Shown: in pieces, positions 25,707 through 35,200 of the stretch
How positions within the stretch are numbered: the stretch's first letter is position 1
How the letters are laid out: every line of letters begins with the position of its first letter
Origin: Akkermansia muciniphila
GTDB taxonomy: Bacteria > Verrucomicrobiota > Verrucomicrobiia > Limisphaerales > UBA9464
Direction of reading: 5' to 3'
DNA: 39,317 nucleotides
NCBI GenBank assembly: GCA_945861075.1
Contig: CAMATE010000001.1
Coordinates: 1-39,317 of the forward strand
Notes under the pieces: model-generated
The model's database searches: none
What the model was told of the DNA's origin: nothing
The model's input: the letters and a program-made list of their open reading frames with translations, nothing else
Position numbers and translations under genes: made by a program

Positions 25707-26819
25707 ATGAGCCGAAAACTCAACATCGCCATCGTCGGACTCGGATTCGGTTCCGAGTTCATCCCTATCTATCAACGCCATCCCCATGCGGAGATGTACG
25801 CCATTTGCCAGCGGTCCCAGGACAAGCTGGATGCGGTGGGCAATGCCTTCGGGGTGGAGAAGCGCTACACCTCCTTCGAGGACCTCATCCGCGATCCGTC
25901 GGTGGATGCGGTGCACATCAATTCGCCCATTCACCTGCATGCGCCTCAAGCCATCGCCGCCTTGCGGGCGGGTAAGCATGTGGCCTGCACGGTCCCCGCG
26001 TGTACCACCGTTGAGGAAGCCCGCGAGATCGTGAAGGCGGCCCGTGAGAGCGGGAAGAAGTACATGATGATGGAAACGGTGGTTTGGAGCCGCGAGTATT
26101 TGTACGTGCGGGAACTGCGCGACACCGGCCGTCTGGGACGCATCCAGTTCGTCCGCGGCAGCCACCTCCAGAACATGGATGGCTGGCCCGGATATTGGGA
26201 AGGCTTGCCCCCGATGCACTACGCCACGCACTGCGTCAGCCCGTGCTTGGGCATCGTCAACGGTGAGGCGGAGTTCGTGTCCTGTCTGGGTTCGGGACGC
26301 ATCGCCGAATCCCGCATCGCCAAGTACGGGTCGCCGTTCTCCTTCGAGACGGCGCAGTTCAAGGTTCGCAGCCAGGATGTGGCCGGTGAAGTGACCCGGT
26401 ATTTGTTCGATTCCGCGCGCCAGTACCAGGAAAGCTTCGACTGCTACGGCTCCAAGACTTCCTTCGAATGGCAGCTCACCGAGCACGACGACCCGGTGTT
26501 GCACCTCGGCGGTGAGTCCGTGGAGAAGGTGAAGATTCCCGACTACGCCCACTTGTTGCCCGAGGCCATCCGTCCGTTCACCACCAAGGGTGTGTACGAC
26601 ATGAGCGAGAACGTGCACCTGAGCTTCCTGCAGGGCAGCGGCCACGGCGGCAGTCATCCGCACCTGGCGCACGAGTTCGTGATGAGCGTTCTCGAAGACC
26701 GCCCGAGCTTCCCCGACTTGCACCAGTCGGTGAACTGGACGCTCGTCGGCATCCTGGCCCACGAGAGCGCTATGCGCGGCGGCGAGAAGCTGCACTTGCC
26801 GAACTTCCGCGGGCTCTGA
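25707..26819 (+). CDS. Gfo/Idh/MocA-family oxidoreductase
   Basis: From ATG 25707: KLNIAIVGLGFGSEFIP (Rossmann), DAVHINSPIHLHAPQAIAALRAGKHVACTVP (the family's EKP-like region), about 370 aa. Confidence 0.87.
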   Translation: MSRKLNIAIVGLGFGSEFIPIYQRHPHAEMYAICQRSQDKLDAVGNAFGVEKRYTSFEDLIRDPSVDAVHINSPIHLHAPQAIAALRAGKHVACTVPACTTVEEAREIVKAARESGKKYMMMETVVWSREYLYVRELRDTGRLGRIQFVRGSHLQNMDGWPGYWEGLPPMHYATHCVSPCLGIVNGEAEFVSCLGSGRIAESRIAKYGSPFSFETAQFKVRSQDVAGEVTRYLFDSARQYQESFDCYGSKTSFEWQLTEHDDPVLHLGGESVEKVKIPDYAHLLPEAIRPFTTKGVYDMSENVHLSFLQGSGHGGSHPHLAHEFVMSVLEDRPSFPDLHQSVNWTLVGILAHESAMRGGEKLHLPNFRGL

Positions 26820-26844
26820 TCGGTTCCTTGGAGGGATTGATCGC

Positions 26845-26890
26845 AAAACACCCGGAATGGCCCTGGTTGCCGTTCCGGGTGTTTTTGTTT
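26845..26890. terminator. bidirectional rho-independent terminator between convergent genes
   Basis: AAAA-ACACCCGGAA-(15-nt loop)-TTCCGGGTGT-TTTTGTTT: a 10-bp stem with an A-run upstream and a T-run downstream. Confidence 0.75.
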
Positions 26891-26918
26891 CGCGATGGGC
26901 GATTGGAAGGTCGATTGC

Positions 26919-27830
26919 TCAGCAGGAGCGGACGTCCATCCACATCGCGGCCCGGAATGATTGGCCGGGGCCGAGGATTTGGATCTCGCCATCGTCCGGT
27001 CGGCTGAAGGCGTTGGGCAACGAGGTCCAGGGTTCCAGGCAGTAGAAGTTTTCCGATGGCGTCCGCGACCACAGTCCGCAGAAGCGGTAAGCCGGTGCCT
27101 CCTGCCAGTTGATCACCACCTCGAGGTGCGCCGCCCGATCGACCAACGCTACTTCCCGTGTCTGAAGATCTCCCAAGAGCAAGGCGGGGCCGGTGTCGAC
27201 GGTGGCCGGAAATTCCTGTTCGGGGAACGGCTCCGAAAAGTAGGCCTCACCGCGACCGACCGGATTGAAGCGAGTGGCCCGCGGGACGCGGATGATGCAG
27301 TCGCTCCGCTTCGAACTGGGGCTCAGGGGTATCGGCAAATATGGATGGAAGCCGACGCAATAGGGCATGGGTTCCGACGAATGATTCTCGATGAGCTGCT
27401 CCCAGTGGAGCCGACCGTTTTGGAGCCGGTAGGTCAGGCTGTAGCGGAAGGCGAAGGGGTACACAGCGCGCGTGGCCTCGGTATCGGTGAGGGTGATCTC
27501 GACTTGATCGGCGGCCTGCGCGGTCACTTTCCACGGCGTTTTCCGCGCGAATCCATGGGGCTGCATGGGATGGTTCTGGCCGGCCCAGGGGTAATGGTGG
27601 TCAGACCCGGGAACGTGGTTGTAGCTCACCAGGGGAAAGAGCAGCGGGCTGCCCGCCCACATTTCGCGGGGGTACCGTGCGATCACCGCCTCGTCGTGAT
27701 GCAGTCCCTGCACGAGTCCGTGGCCGGAAACGGGCTTCTGATACCGGACCAGCCAGCCTCCGAGTTCTGGCAGGATCTGGGCCATGGCTCCGGTTTGGTC
27801 CCGGATTTCTACGCACGATGTCGATGACAT
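26919..27830 (-). CDS. aldose 1-epimerase (galactose mutarotase-like) family protein
   Basis: From ATG 27830: GSPLLFPLVSYN, PHGFARKTPWKV, GFHPYLPIP, CLEPWT. These fit the mutarotase-like fold family. The extension to 27986 would overlap the mfd start. Confidence 0.78.
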   Translation of the reverse strand: MSSTSCVEIRDQTGAMAQILPELGGWLVRYQKPVSGHGLVQGLHHDEAVIARYPREMWAGSPLLFPLVSYNHVPGSDHHYPWAGQNHPMQPHGFARKTPWKVTAQAADQVEITLTDTEATRAVYPFAFRYSLTYRLQNGRLHWEQLIENHSSEPMPYCVGFHPYLPIPLSPSSKRSDCIIRVPRATRFNPVGRGEAYFSEPFPEQEFPATVDTGPALLLGDLQTREVALVDRAAHLEVVINWQEAPAYRFCGLWSRTPSENFYCLEPWTSLPNAFSRPDDGEIQILGPGQSFRAAMWMDVRSC

Positions 27831-27909
27831 GCGGGCATCGGGCAATGGCCGGTCGATCTGCTCAATTCCAAAATCGCCATTCGACCGTTTGACACTAGGG
27901 TAGCCGCGC

Positions 27910-30900
27910 TTGGATCCCGTACCCCACTCCGTCTTGCAAGGCTGGCTGACATCGCCCGCTGTCGTGGCCTTGCGCCAATACATCAAGGCAGGTGGGCTTG
28001 TGAGTCTGGAAGGGGTGGCGCCGGCCGCGCAGGCATGGTTGGTGGCGGTGTTGCACCGGCTTCATCCCGATCGGGTCGTCGTGGCCATCACGGACACCTT
28101 GAAGGCGCAGGAACAATTGCACGCCGACGCGGCGACTTGGTTGGACGGGGAGCGCCCGCAGTTCTTCCCGGCTTGGGAGACGCTGCCGCAGGAGTCTCGC
28201 CTGCCGCATGCGGACATCATCAGTGAACGCCTGGAGACCCTCATTGCCTTGAGGGTACCGGGCTCGGCACCTCGGGTGGGCAAGCTCGTGGTCACCTCCG
28301 TGACGGCCGTCCAGCAACGCACGTTCACTCCGGCCGATCTGGATGCCCGGACCCGGACCGTTCGTCGGGGAGAAACAGTCAATCCGCTCGACCTCATCGA
28401 ATGGCTCGAGGCGCAGGGCTACGAACCGGAGGCCCAGGTGTCCAACAAGGGCGAGTTGTCGTGGCGTGGTGGCATCGTGGATTTGTGGCCCCTCCATCGG
28501 CCATGGCCCATCCGGCTGGAGTTCTTTGGGGATGAGCTCGAATCGCTGCGGGAATTCGATCCCCATCGCCAGACCCGACTCGATGCCATCGAATCGTGTG
28601 TGATTCCGCCGGCGGGCGAGTTGAGTTTGCTGCGACCCAAGGCGGGGTCCGAGACACCGGCTCCTCCGGTGGCCGCGCTCGACGCGCATTGGGGCCCGGA
28701 TGCTCTGGTGGTGTTGTGCGGACCGCAGGCGTTGGCTCTCCAGGCCGACCACCACGCCCGTCAGGTCCGCGAGGGGGATCCCTTCCACGAACCGTGGGAG
28801 GCATTGCAACTGCGGGTTCAGGCGTCGGGAGCCACGTGGATTCGGATCGAGGATTCCGCCCCAGAAGGCAGGGGTGATTCTGTGGAGTTGAGCCTCGAAT
28901 CGCTCGACGCTTTCCGTCCCATCGGAGCGACCTTGCCAGCGGCGCAGGTGGCCGAGGAGCAGCGGCGGACCTTCTTTCAGCAAATGCAGCGGTGGTTGCG
29001 GCAAGGCTACCACCTCCAGGTTTTTTGCAACAATGCCGGTGAACTTCAGCGCTTTGGTGAACTGTGGAGCGAACTGTTGCCGTCCAGCCCAACCGGGTCC
29101 CTCGAAGATTCTAAAGGATCGCCTGTTCCCGAAGTTCTCTCCGGCACCTTGTCGCGCGGATTCCTCTGTGAATCGGCCCGACGCGTGGTGATTTCGGACG
29201 CGGAAATCTACGGGCGCTACAAGGTGTCCCGACCGCGGCGTCTGAAGTCCCATCATGCGCAGTCGGTGCGCAATGCGTTCGAGGTCGATTTCACCGACTT
29301 CGATCTCGGGGACTATGTCGTTCATCTTCAATACGGCATCGGGATCTACCGGGGTCTCAAGACGCTGCCCCCGCGTCAGGCAGGCGCCTCGGGCGGCGGT
29401 CAGGAATGCCTGGTGATTGAATATGCCGCGAGCTCCAGTCACGACGAGGCTCCCAAGCTCTACGTGCCGGTCACCGAGGCCCATTTGGTCAGCAAGTACG
29501 TCGGAGCGGGCAAGGCGCGTCCGCAACTCAGCACCATCGGTGGCACCCGCTGGACCAAGGCCAAGGAGCAGGCTCAGCGATCGGTGCGGGATTTGGCGGC
29601 CGAACTGCTCTCCGTGCAGGCGGCACGGGCCACCCAGCCGGGTCATCCATTTTCAGTCGACACCCCGTGGCAGCGGGAGTTCGAGGCCAGCTTTGAATTC
29701 GAGGAGACGCCCGATCAGGTCAAGGCCATTGCGGCCTCCAAGGCCGACATGGAATTGCCCAAGCCCATGGACCGACTCATTTGCGGAGATGTGGGATTCG
29801 GAAAGACCGAGGTGGCCATCCGGGCTGCCTTCAAGGCGGTCATGAGTGGCAAGCAGGTGGCCTTGTTGGTGCCCACCACGGTCTTGGCCCAGCAGCACTA
29901 CAATCACTTCCGCGAGCGCATGGCAGAGTATCCGGTGCGCATCGAATTGATGAGCCGTTTCCGCACGGCCAAGCAGCAGAAGGCAGTGATGGAAGCGGCC
30001 GCTGTCGGCGCGGTGGACATCGTCATCGGCACCCACCGAATCGTCTCGGCGGACATGGTCTTCAAGGACCTTGGGCTGGTGATTGTCGACGAGGAGCAGA
30101 AGTTCGGGGTGAAGCACAAGGAGCAGTTCAAGCTGCTGCGCCGGACCGTGGATGTGCTGACCCTCAGCGCGACCCCCATTCCGCGAACCCTGTACTTGGC
30201 CCTCACGGGAGCCCGGGACCTCAGCACTCTGGAGACGCCGCCGCAGGACCGGTTGCCGGTGGAGACCGTGGTGGGCAATTACGATGAGCGGGTGATCCGC
30301 GACGCCATCCAGCGGGAGTTGAACCGGGGTGGCCAAGTGTATTTCCTGCACAACCGCGTTTCCACCATCGAGGACGTGGCCCTTAAGCTGAAGGCCCTCG
30401 TGCCCGATGCCCGAATTCTGGTGGGCCATGGGCAGATGGCCGACGACGAGTTGGAAAAGGTCATGACGCGCTTCGTCAACGGCGAGGCCGACGTGCTGGT
30501 CAGCACCACGATCATTGAGAGCGGCTTGGACATCCCCAATGCCAACACCATGATCATCGATCGGGCCGACCGCTTCGGCCTCAGTGAACTGTACCAACTC
30601 CGGGGCCGCGTGGGCCGCTACAAGCATCAGGCTTATTGCTACCTGCTCTTGCCACGCCATGCGCAACTGCTGACCGAGGCCCGCAAACGGATGAGTGCCA
30701 TCAAGCAGTACAGCGCGCTGGGCAGCGGTTTCAAAATCGCCATGCGCGACCTCGAGATCCGCGGAGCGGGCAATTTGCTCGGTTCTCAGCAGAGCGGGCA
30801 CATCACGGCTGTGGGCTTTGATTTGTACTGCCAGTTGCTGGGCCAGAGCATTTCGGTGCTGAAGGGAGAAACGGTTCGGACGCGAATTGAGGTGCGTGTG

Positions 30901-31482
30901 TCGCTGGATTTCCTGGCCACCAATCCCGGTGAAGAAGGGGCCGCCAAGACCGAATCCCGTCGTTCCAAATCGGACAGCGCACCCGCCTTGAATATCTCCA
31001 TTCCGCGGGATGGAGGAGTGGCCGCCTATTGGGATGATCCGGACGAGGAGCTCCCGCGCGGCAAGGGATCCTCGGCTTCGCGCAATTCTCCACCCGAAGA
31101 CGACGGGCGCAAATTCCCCGCCTACCTGCCGCTCGACTACGTGCGGGAACCGGCGCAACGGGTCGAGGTGTACCGCAAGCTGGCCCAGGTGGCCGACAAG
31201 GCCCGTGTTGAGGGCCTTCGACAAGAACTGCGCGACCGCTTCGGTCCCTTGCCAGGACCGGTGGATCTCTTGCTTCAAACCCATGAGCTGCGGCTTCTCG
31301 CGGCCGAATGCCGGGTGACCTCGGTGGAGGTCACTGAGGGCAAGGTGAAGCTCATGCACCGGGGCAGTCTGGTGACCGTGGGAGGCCAGTTTCCGCGTTT
31401 GTCCAAGCGCGACGCCAAAGGTCGACTGCAAGAAATCCGACGCCTGCTCCTGTCGTTGGCTGGAGATTCGCCCAAAGCATGA
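27910..31482 (+). CDS. mfd: transcription-repair coupling factor
   Basis: 1190 aa. Has a UvrB-homology N-terminal region, a CarD/RID-like segment (GDYVVHLQYGIGIYRG), SF2 helicase motifs (GDVGFGKTEVA, DEEQKFGV, LTLSATPIPRTL, QLRGRVGR) and a TRG motif region. The start is uncertain: TTG 27910 as listed, GTG 27964 also possible. Confidence 0.96.
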   Translation: MDPVPHSVLQGWLTSPAVVALRQYIKAGGLVSLEGVAPAAQAWLVAVLHRLHPDRVVVAITDTLKAQEQLHADAATWLDGERPQFFPAWETLPQESRLPHADIISERLETLIALRVPGSAPRVGKLVVTSVTAVQQRTFTPADLDARTRTVRRGETVNPLDLIEWLEAQGYEPEAQVSNKGELSWRGGIVDLWPLHRPWPIRLEFFGDELESLREFDPHRQTRLDAIESCVIPPAGELSLLRPKAGSETPAPPVAALDAHWGPDALVVLCGPQALALQADHHARQVREGDPFHEPWEALQLRVQASGATWIRIEDSAPEGRGDSVELSLESLDAFRPIGATLPAAQVAEEQRRTFFQQMQRWLRQGYHLQVFCNNAGELQRFGELWSELLPSSPTGSLEDSKGSPVPEVLSGTLSRGFLCESARRVVISDAEIYGRYKVSRPRRLKSHHAQSVRNAFEVDFTDFDLGDYVVHLQYGIGIYRGLKTLPPRQAGASGGGQECLVIEYAASSSHDEAPKLYVPVTEAHLVSKYVGAGKARPQLSTIGGTRWTKAKEQAQRSVRDLAAELLSVQAARATQPGHPFSVDTPWQREFEASFEFEETPDQVKAIAASKADMELPKPMDRLICGDVGFGKTEVAIRAAFKAVMSGKQVALLVPTTVLAQQHYNHFRERMAEYPVRIELMSRFRTAKQQKAVMEAAAVGAVDIVIGTHRIVSADMVFKDLGLVIVDEEQKFGVKHKEQFKLLRRTVDVLTLSATPIPRTLYLALTGARDLSTLETPPQDRLPVETVVGNYDERVIRDAIQRELNRGGQVYFLHNRVSTIEDVALKLKALVPDARILVGHGQMADDELEKVMTRFVNGEADVLVSTTIIESGLDIPNANTMIIDRADRFGLSELYQLRGRVGRYKHQAYCYLLLPRHAQLLTEARKRMSAIKQYSALGSGFKIAMRDLEIRGAGNLLGSQQSGHITAVGFDLYCQLLGQSISVLKGETVRTRIEVRVSLDFLATNPGEEGAAKTESRRSKSDSAPALNISIPRDGGVAAYWDDPDEELPRGKGSSASRNSPPEDDGRKFPAYLPLDYVREPAQRVEVYRKLAQVADKARVEGLRQELRDRFGPLPGPVDLLLQTHELRLLAAECRVTSVEVTEGKVKLMHRGSLVTVGGQFPRLSKRDAKGRLQEIRRLLLSLAGDSPKA

Positions 31483-33035
31483 AGGTTTTTGGGATGATCC
31501 CGCCCTTCGGATTCTTTTGCGGGATCCTCGCTCTCCTCCTGCAAGTGGGTCCGGTATGGGCCGGGGAATTGTGGGTGGTCGATCCGCAGGGATTGAAGGG
31601 TCCGGAGAATGCCTTATTGGCATCGATCCAGGGAGTCCTCAACCGCACGAGCGCTGTGGTGTGGGTGAAGGGGCCCGGCATGAATGCGCGGATTCTCGAA
31701 GATTTGCGTGATGAGGGTTGGGTCTTGCGCGAGGTCCGGGGTCCTTGGTCGCTCTTGCGGGAACACCGGGCGGCGTTTGCAGGTTTGGTCATTGGTCAGG
31801 TGGGCACAGAATCACTCAATCGGGCGACGACGCTGGCAGGTTTGACGAATGCGTTGGTGGCCGACCCGTCGCTGGTCGAGCAATTGGTGGCCGAGGGTTG
31901 GCCTGTCCTGGCCGACGCCCGCTCCCGTTCCAACGCCGACGTGTGGGCTGAAACCCAAGCCCGGGTGGCCCGTGGTGTGATGATTCATCAGGACCCATCG
32001 AAGACGCTGCACCTCCGGGATCTGGCCATGAGTCTGGGCGCTTGGACGGTCTACGAGGAGCCGGCCGCCGAGCGGACCCATCAAGTTCAGGCGCTCGGTC
32101 CGCACACCCGCGTCTATGGTTGGGGGCGGGATGAATTGGAATTTGTTCGCGAGGTGAGTCAGGGCGGTGGAGCCGTTATCCCCGCCGATTGGTCGCTGAA
32201 CTTGTCCGCGCTGCGCCATCTTCCGGCGACACGGCCGGTCCGCTCCCGGCCGGCGAAACCACGGGTTCGTTCATCAGGCGAACGGGTGGTGGCCTTTGTG
32301 GTGAGTGACGGGGACAACTTGCAATGGGTCGGTGGGCGCTTCGTGGACGATCCAGGTTTTTGGGCCAGCCCGCTTCGGGGTCGATTCGCGGTGACCTGGG
32401 AGATGCCGCCGGAGGCATGGGTGATGGCCCCTCGGATCCTCGGGAAGATTCTCGGCATGGCCTCTCCCAACGATGACTTCATCGCCGGGCCCAGTGGCTA
32501 TGGCTACCAGTTTCCCAGTCACTTGCCGGGTCGAGCGATTGCCGCCGCCGAGACGGCACGGGCTGTGGCCCGAGTGGATTGGCCGCTGGTGACGCTGCTC
32601 AATGCCGGGGGAGGTCAGGACTCATCCGAGGACTGGTTGGAGCGGCCGGAAATCCGTGGAGTCCTCTACAAGGATTACGCGCCTTACAACCGCGGTCGGG
32701 GTGCGGTGCACTGGCACCAGGGCAAGCCGAGTGTCTCGTACCGCTATTTGCTGTGGGAACAGAAAGACCGTTCGGGGGCATTGCGGCCAGATTGGCTTCC
32801 GGCTGGTGTGGCCGGGGCCGTCGAAAGACAACCCTCCGGAGCTGAGGCGGGTTCCGAGGCCTATGCGTTGGTCAATGTCCACGCCTGGTCTTTCCGTGAT
32901 TCGGGGGGACCCATGGGGGCCATCGGCCGGACCATCGAAGCGCTGCCTCCCCGGGTCCGAGTGGTCACCGCTGCGGAGTTCTTCGAGTTGATGGCCGAAG
33001 AGGCTCCCCTTCGGAACGGCAAGAAAGGCGACTGA
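31479..33035 (+). CDS. secreted GxGYxYP-family-like protein (putative glycoside hydrolase)
   Basis: N-terminal signal-like IPPFGFFCGILALLLQVGPVWA. GPSGYGYQFP approximates the GxGYxYP motif, and the ~500 aa size is typical of that family. The ATG overlaps the mfd TGA (ATGA). Confidence 0.6.
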   Translation: MKVFGMIPPFGFFCGILALLLQVGPVWAGELWVVDPQGLKGPENALLASIQGVLNRTSAVVWVKGPGMNARILEDLRDEGWVLREVRGPWSLLREHRAAFAGLVIGQVGTESLNRATTLAGLTNALVADPSLVEQLVAEGWPVLADARSRSNADVWAETQARVARGVMIHQDPSKTLHLRDLAMSLGAWTVYEEPAAERTHQVQALGPHTRVYGWGRDELEFVREVSQGGGAVIPADWSLNLSALRHLPATRPVRSRPAKPRVRSSGERVVAFVVSDGDNLQWVGGRFVDDPGFWASPLRGRFAVTWEMPPEAWVMAPRILGKILGMASPNDDFIAGPSGYGYQFPSHLPGRAIAAAETARAVARVDWPLVTLLNAGGGQDSSEDWLERPEIRGVLYKDYAPYNRGRGAVHWHQGKPSVSYRYLLWEQKDRSGALRPDWLPAGVAGAVERQPSGAEAGSEAYALVNVHAWSFRDSGGPMGAIGRTIEALPPRVRVVTAAEFFELMAEEAPLRNGKKGD

Positions 33036-33054
33036 CTCGGGAGGCCTTTGGTCT

Positions 33055-33522
33055 ATGATGAATCCCATGCCGGAGGGTTTGGTGAAGTTCCTGCAACGCT
33101 GGTTGGTCACAACCATAGGCGTTTTGTTGGCCGATGTCTGGGTGGACGGGATCCGTCACCAGACCTTCGGTGCCTTGCTGGAGGCCTCGTTGTTGCTGGG
33201 CTTGCTCAATGCGTTTGTGCGCCCGCTGCTCATGGTGATTTCGCTCCCGCTGTTGATCTTCAGTCTCGGGCTTTTCGTGATGGTCATCAACGCCGTGCTC
33301 CTGAGCCTGGTCGGCGGCATGCTTCAGCCCGGATTCGTCGTGGATGGATTTGGATCCGCCTTCTGGGGTGGCGTGATCATCAGCCTGGTTTCGCTGGTGG
33401 TGAATGGATTCCTCGGACGGGGAGCCAAGGTGCAGTTCCAGGGCAGTATCCGCGGATCGTCTGGACGCCGCCGGCCGAAGAAACAGGATGAGGATGGCGG
33501 CGGTCCGCTCATCGATGTGTGA
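33055..33522 (+). CDS. YvlD / phage-holin-superfamily-IV-like small membrane protein (PF04020-type)
   Basis: LQRWLVTTIGVLLADVWVDGI...GLLNAFVRPLLMVISLPLLIFSLGLFVMVINAVLL...PGFVVDGFGSAFWGGVIISLVSLVVN closely follows the conserved 4-TM pattern of this family, followed by a basic tail. Confidence 0.8.
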   Translation: MMNPMPEGLVKFLQRWLVTTIGVLLADVWVDGIRHQTFGALLEASLLLGLLNAFVRPLLMVISLPLLIFSLGLFVMVINAVLLSLVGGMLQPGFVVDGFGSAFWGGVIISLVSLVVNGFLGRGAKVQFQGSIRGSSGRRRPKKQDEDGGGPLIDV

Positions 33523-33554
33523 CCCCAACTGGATCCTCATCTTCGTCCAAACTC

Positions 33555-35078
33555 ATGCCCTCGAAGTCCCGAAATGAATCGTCGAAGCCGCGCTCGCAGC
33601 GGGCGCTGGCGCCCGCTGTGCTGCTGCTGGCGCTGGTTGGGGTCTTGGTCTGGGGACTGTGGCGGGTACTGGGGCCTGAGAAGAGCGCCGCTTCCAAGCC
33701 TGAGGCTGGAATAGTCCAGGAAGCCACCAGGGTTGCGGTCGAGCCAGTTCCAACTCAGGCGGCTGCTCCGGTTGCAGCTACGGCCCCGGCCCAGCCAACG
33801 CCGGCTCCTGGGGTTCCAACGGTTGTTCCGGTGCCTTCTGCTGCTCCGCCCGTTCCGGTTCCGGCTCTGGCCAGCGAGCCGTCACCACTGTCCCCGTTGG
33901 TCGTGGTTTCAAATGCCGTACCTGCGCTGGTGGGGCTGACCTCGGCTCCGGTGGTTCTTTCCACCCAAATCCTCCGCGCTTCAGTGGCTCTGCCCGAGTT
34001 GTCGATTACCAACAGCGGGGCCGCGTGGGTGCCTCGCGGCCCCACCAATTATCTGGAGGCGCAAATCGCTCTGGCCGGACTGGGAATTTCCTCTGGCTCC
34101 ATCGATGGCGTGGGAGGCGCTCAAACCGCTTTCGCATTAAAAGCGTTTCAATCGCAGCAAGGCTTGCAGCAAACCGGTTGGCTGGACCGCAACACCCGTA
34201 AGGCGCTCATGCTCAAGCGGGCTCCATGGGCTCCCTACCGTGTCAGCGCCGAAGATTTGCTGCGTCTGGCCCCGTTGCCAGAGACTTGGGTGGGCAAGTC
34301 GCAGGTGCCGGGTTTGGAGCATGAGACTTTGCTCGAGCGTTTGGCCGAACGGTTCCAATCCCATCCGGCGTTGCTCCGCCGGCTTAACCCTGCAGTCGAC
34401 TGGGTCCAGCCCGCTGAAGGACTGGAACTGACCGTGCCCTCGGCTCCCCCGATCGCCGCCCGTCGTGCGGGCCTTATTCGCATCCATCTTTCTGGGCGGT
34501 ATTTGAGGGTGTTGGACACGGCCGGTGAATTGATCGCGCATTTCCCCTGCAGCATCGCCCGGCGTGTCGAGAAGCGTCCGGTCGGCGATCTTCAGGTGGT
34601 GGTGACCGTGCCCAATCCGGATTACACGTGGGATCCCGAGGTGTTCCCCGAGTCGCCCGAATCCCGCACGGTGGGTCGCAAGCTGCGCATTCCGCCCGGG
34701 CCCAACAATCCGGTGGGTGTTGCGTGGATCGGGCTCAACCGCACCGGCTATGGCATCCATGGGACTCCCAAGCCGGAAGACGTGGGGCGCACGGAAAGCC
34801 ATGGGTGTTTTCGCTTGGCCAATTGGAATGCCGAATTGCTGCGACGGATGGCTTGGCCTGGCTTGCCCGTCCGTGTGGAAGGCGAGGCTCCCCCGGTTGC
34901 CGCTTCCGTGGCCTCGGCGGTCTCGACAGCGACGAATTGGACGAATCCGACTGCTTCGATCATTTCGGACACCAACACGGTGAAAGCGCCGCTGTCGTCC
35001 GTTCCGGGTTCGAGTGTTCGGGTTCCTGTGGGCACCAACACAGCCCAACCCGTTCGGCCTGCTTCACCGACTCCCTGA
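33555..35078 (+). CDS. L,D-transpeptidase (YkuD) with a peptidoglycan-binding domain
   Basis: TM anchor, Pro/Ala-rich linker, PG_binding_1-like IDGVGGAQTAFALKAFQSQQGLQQTGWLD, and a YkuD catalytic region GIHGTPKPEDVGRTESHGCFRLANWN. The alternative start GTG 33519 overlaps the upstream stop (GTGA). Confidence 0.88.
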   Translation: MPSKSRNESSKPRSQRALAPAVLLLALVGVLVWGLWRVLGPEKSAASKPEAGIVQEATRVAVEPVPTQAAAPVAATAPAQPTPAPGVPTVVPVPSAAPPVPVPALASEPSPLSPLVVVSNAVPALVGLTSAPVVLSTQILRASVALPELSITNSGAAWVPRGPTNYLEAQIALAGLGISSGSIDGVGGAQTAFALKAFQSQQGLQQTGWLDRNTRKALMLKRAPWAPYRVSAEDLLRLAPLPETWVGKSQVPGLEHETLLERLAERFQSHPALLRRLNPAVDWVQPAEGLELTVPSAPPIAARRAGLIRIHLSGRYLRVLDTAGELIAHFPCSIARRVEKRPVGDLQVVVTVPNPDYTWDPEVFPESPESRTVGRKLRIPPGPNNPVGVAWIGLNRTGYGIHGTPKPEDVGRTESHGCFRLANWNAELLRRMAWPGLPVRVEGEAPPVAASVASAVSTATNWTNPTASIISDTNTVKAPLSSVPGSSVRVPVGTNTAQPVRPASPTP

Positions 35079-35200
35079 GCCAACGATGCCGTTGGATGGG
35101 TGGTGTCGACTGCTTCTTTGCGTATCGGACCACCTTCCGGTGCGGGAAAAAGAATCGCCGATGGATTGCGTTCCGGGGATTCCCGGCGTAGGCCTCCCGC

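Noticed and set aside
27831-27986. Longer start (27986) for the aldose-epimerase-like gene.
   Set aside because: It would overlap the mfd 5' end and adds a non-conserved Lys/Arg/Gly-rich peptide. ATG 27830 precedes the conserved domain.
33055-33522. The phage-holin-family label as evidence for a prophage.
   Set aside because: There are no capsid, tail, integrase, endolysin-cassette or other phage genes nearby. PF04020/YvlD-type proteins are common chromosomal membrane proteins.
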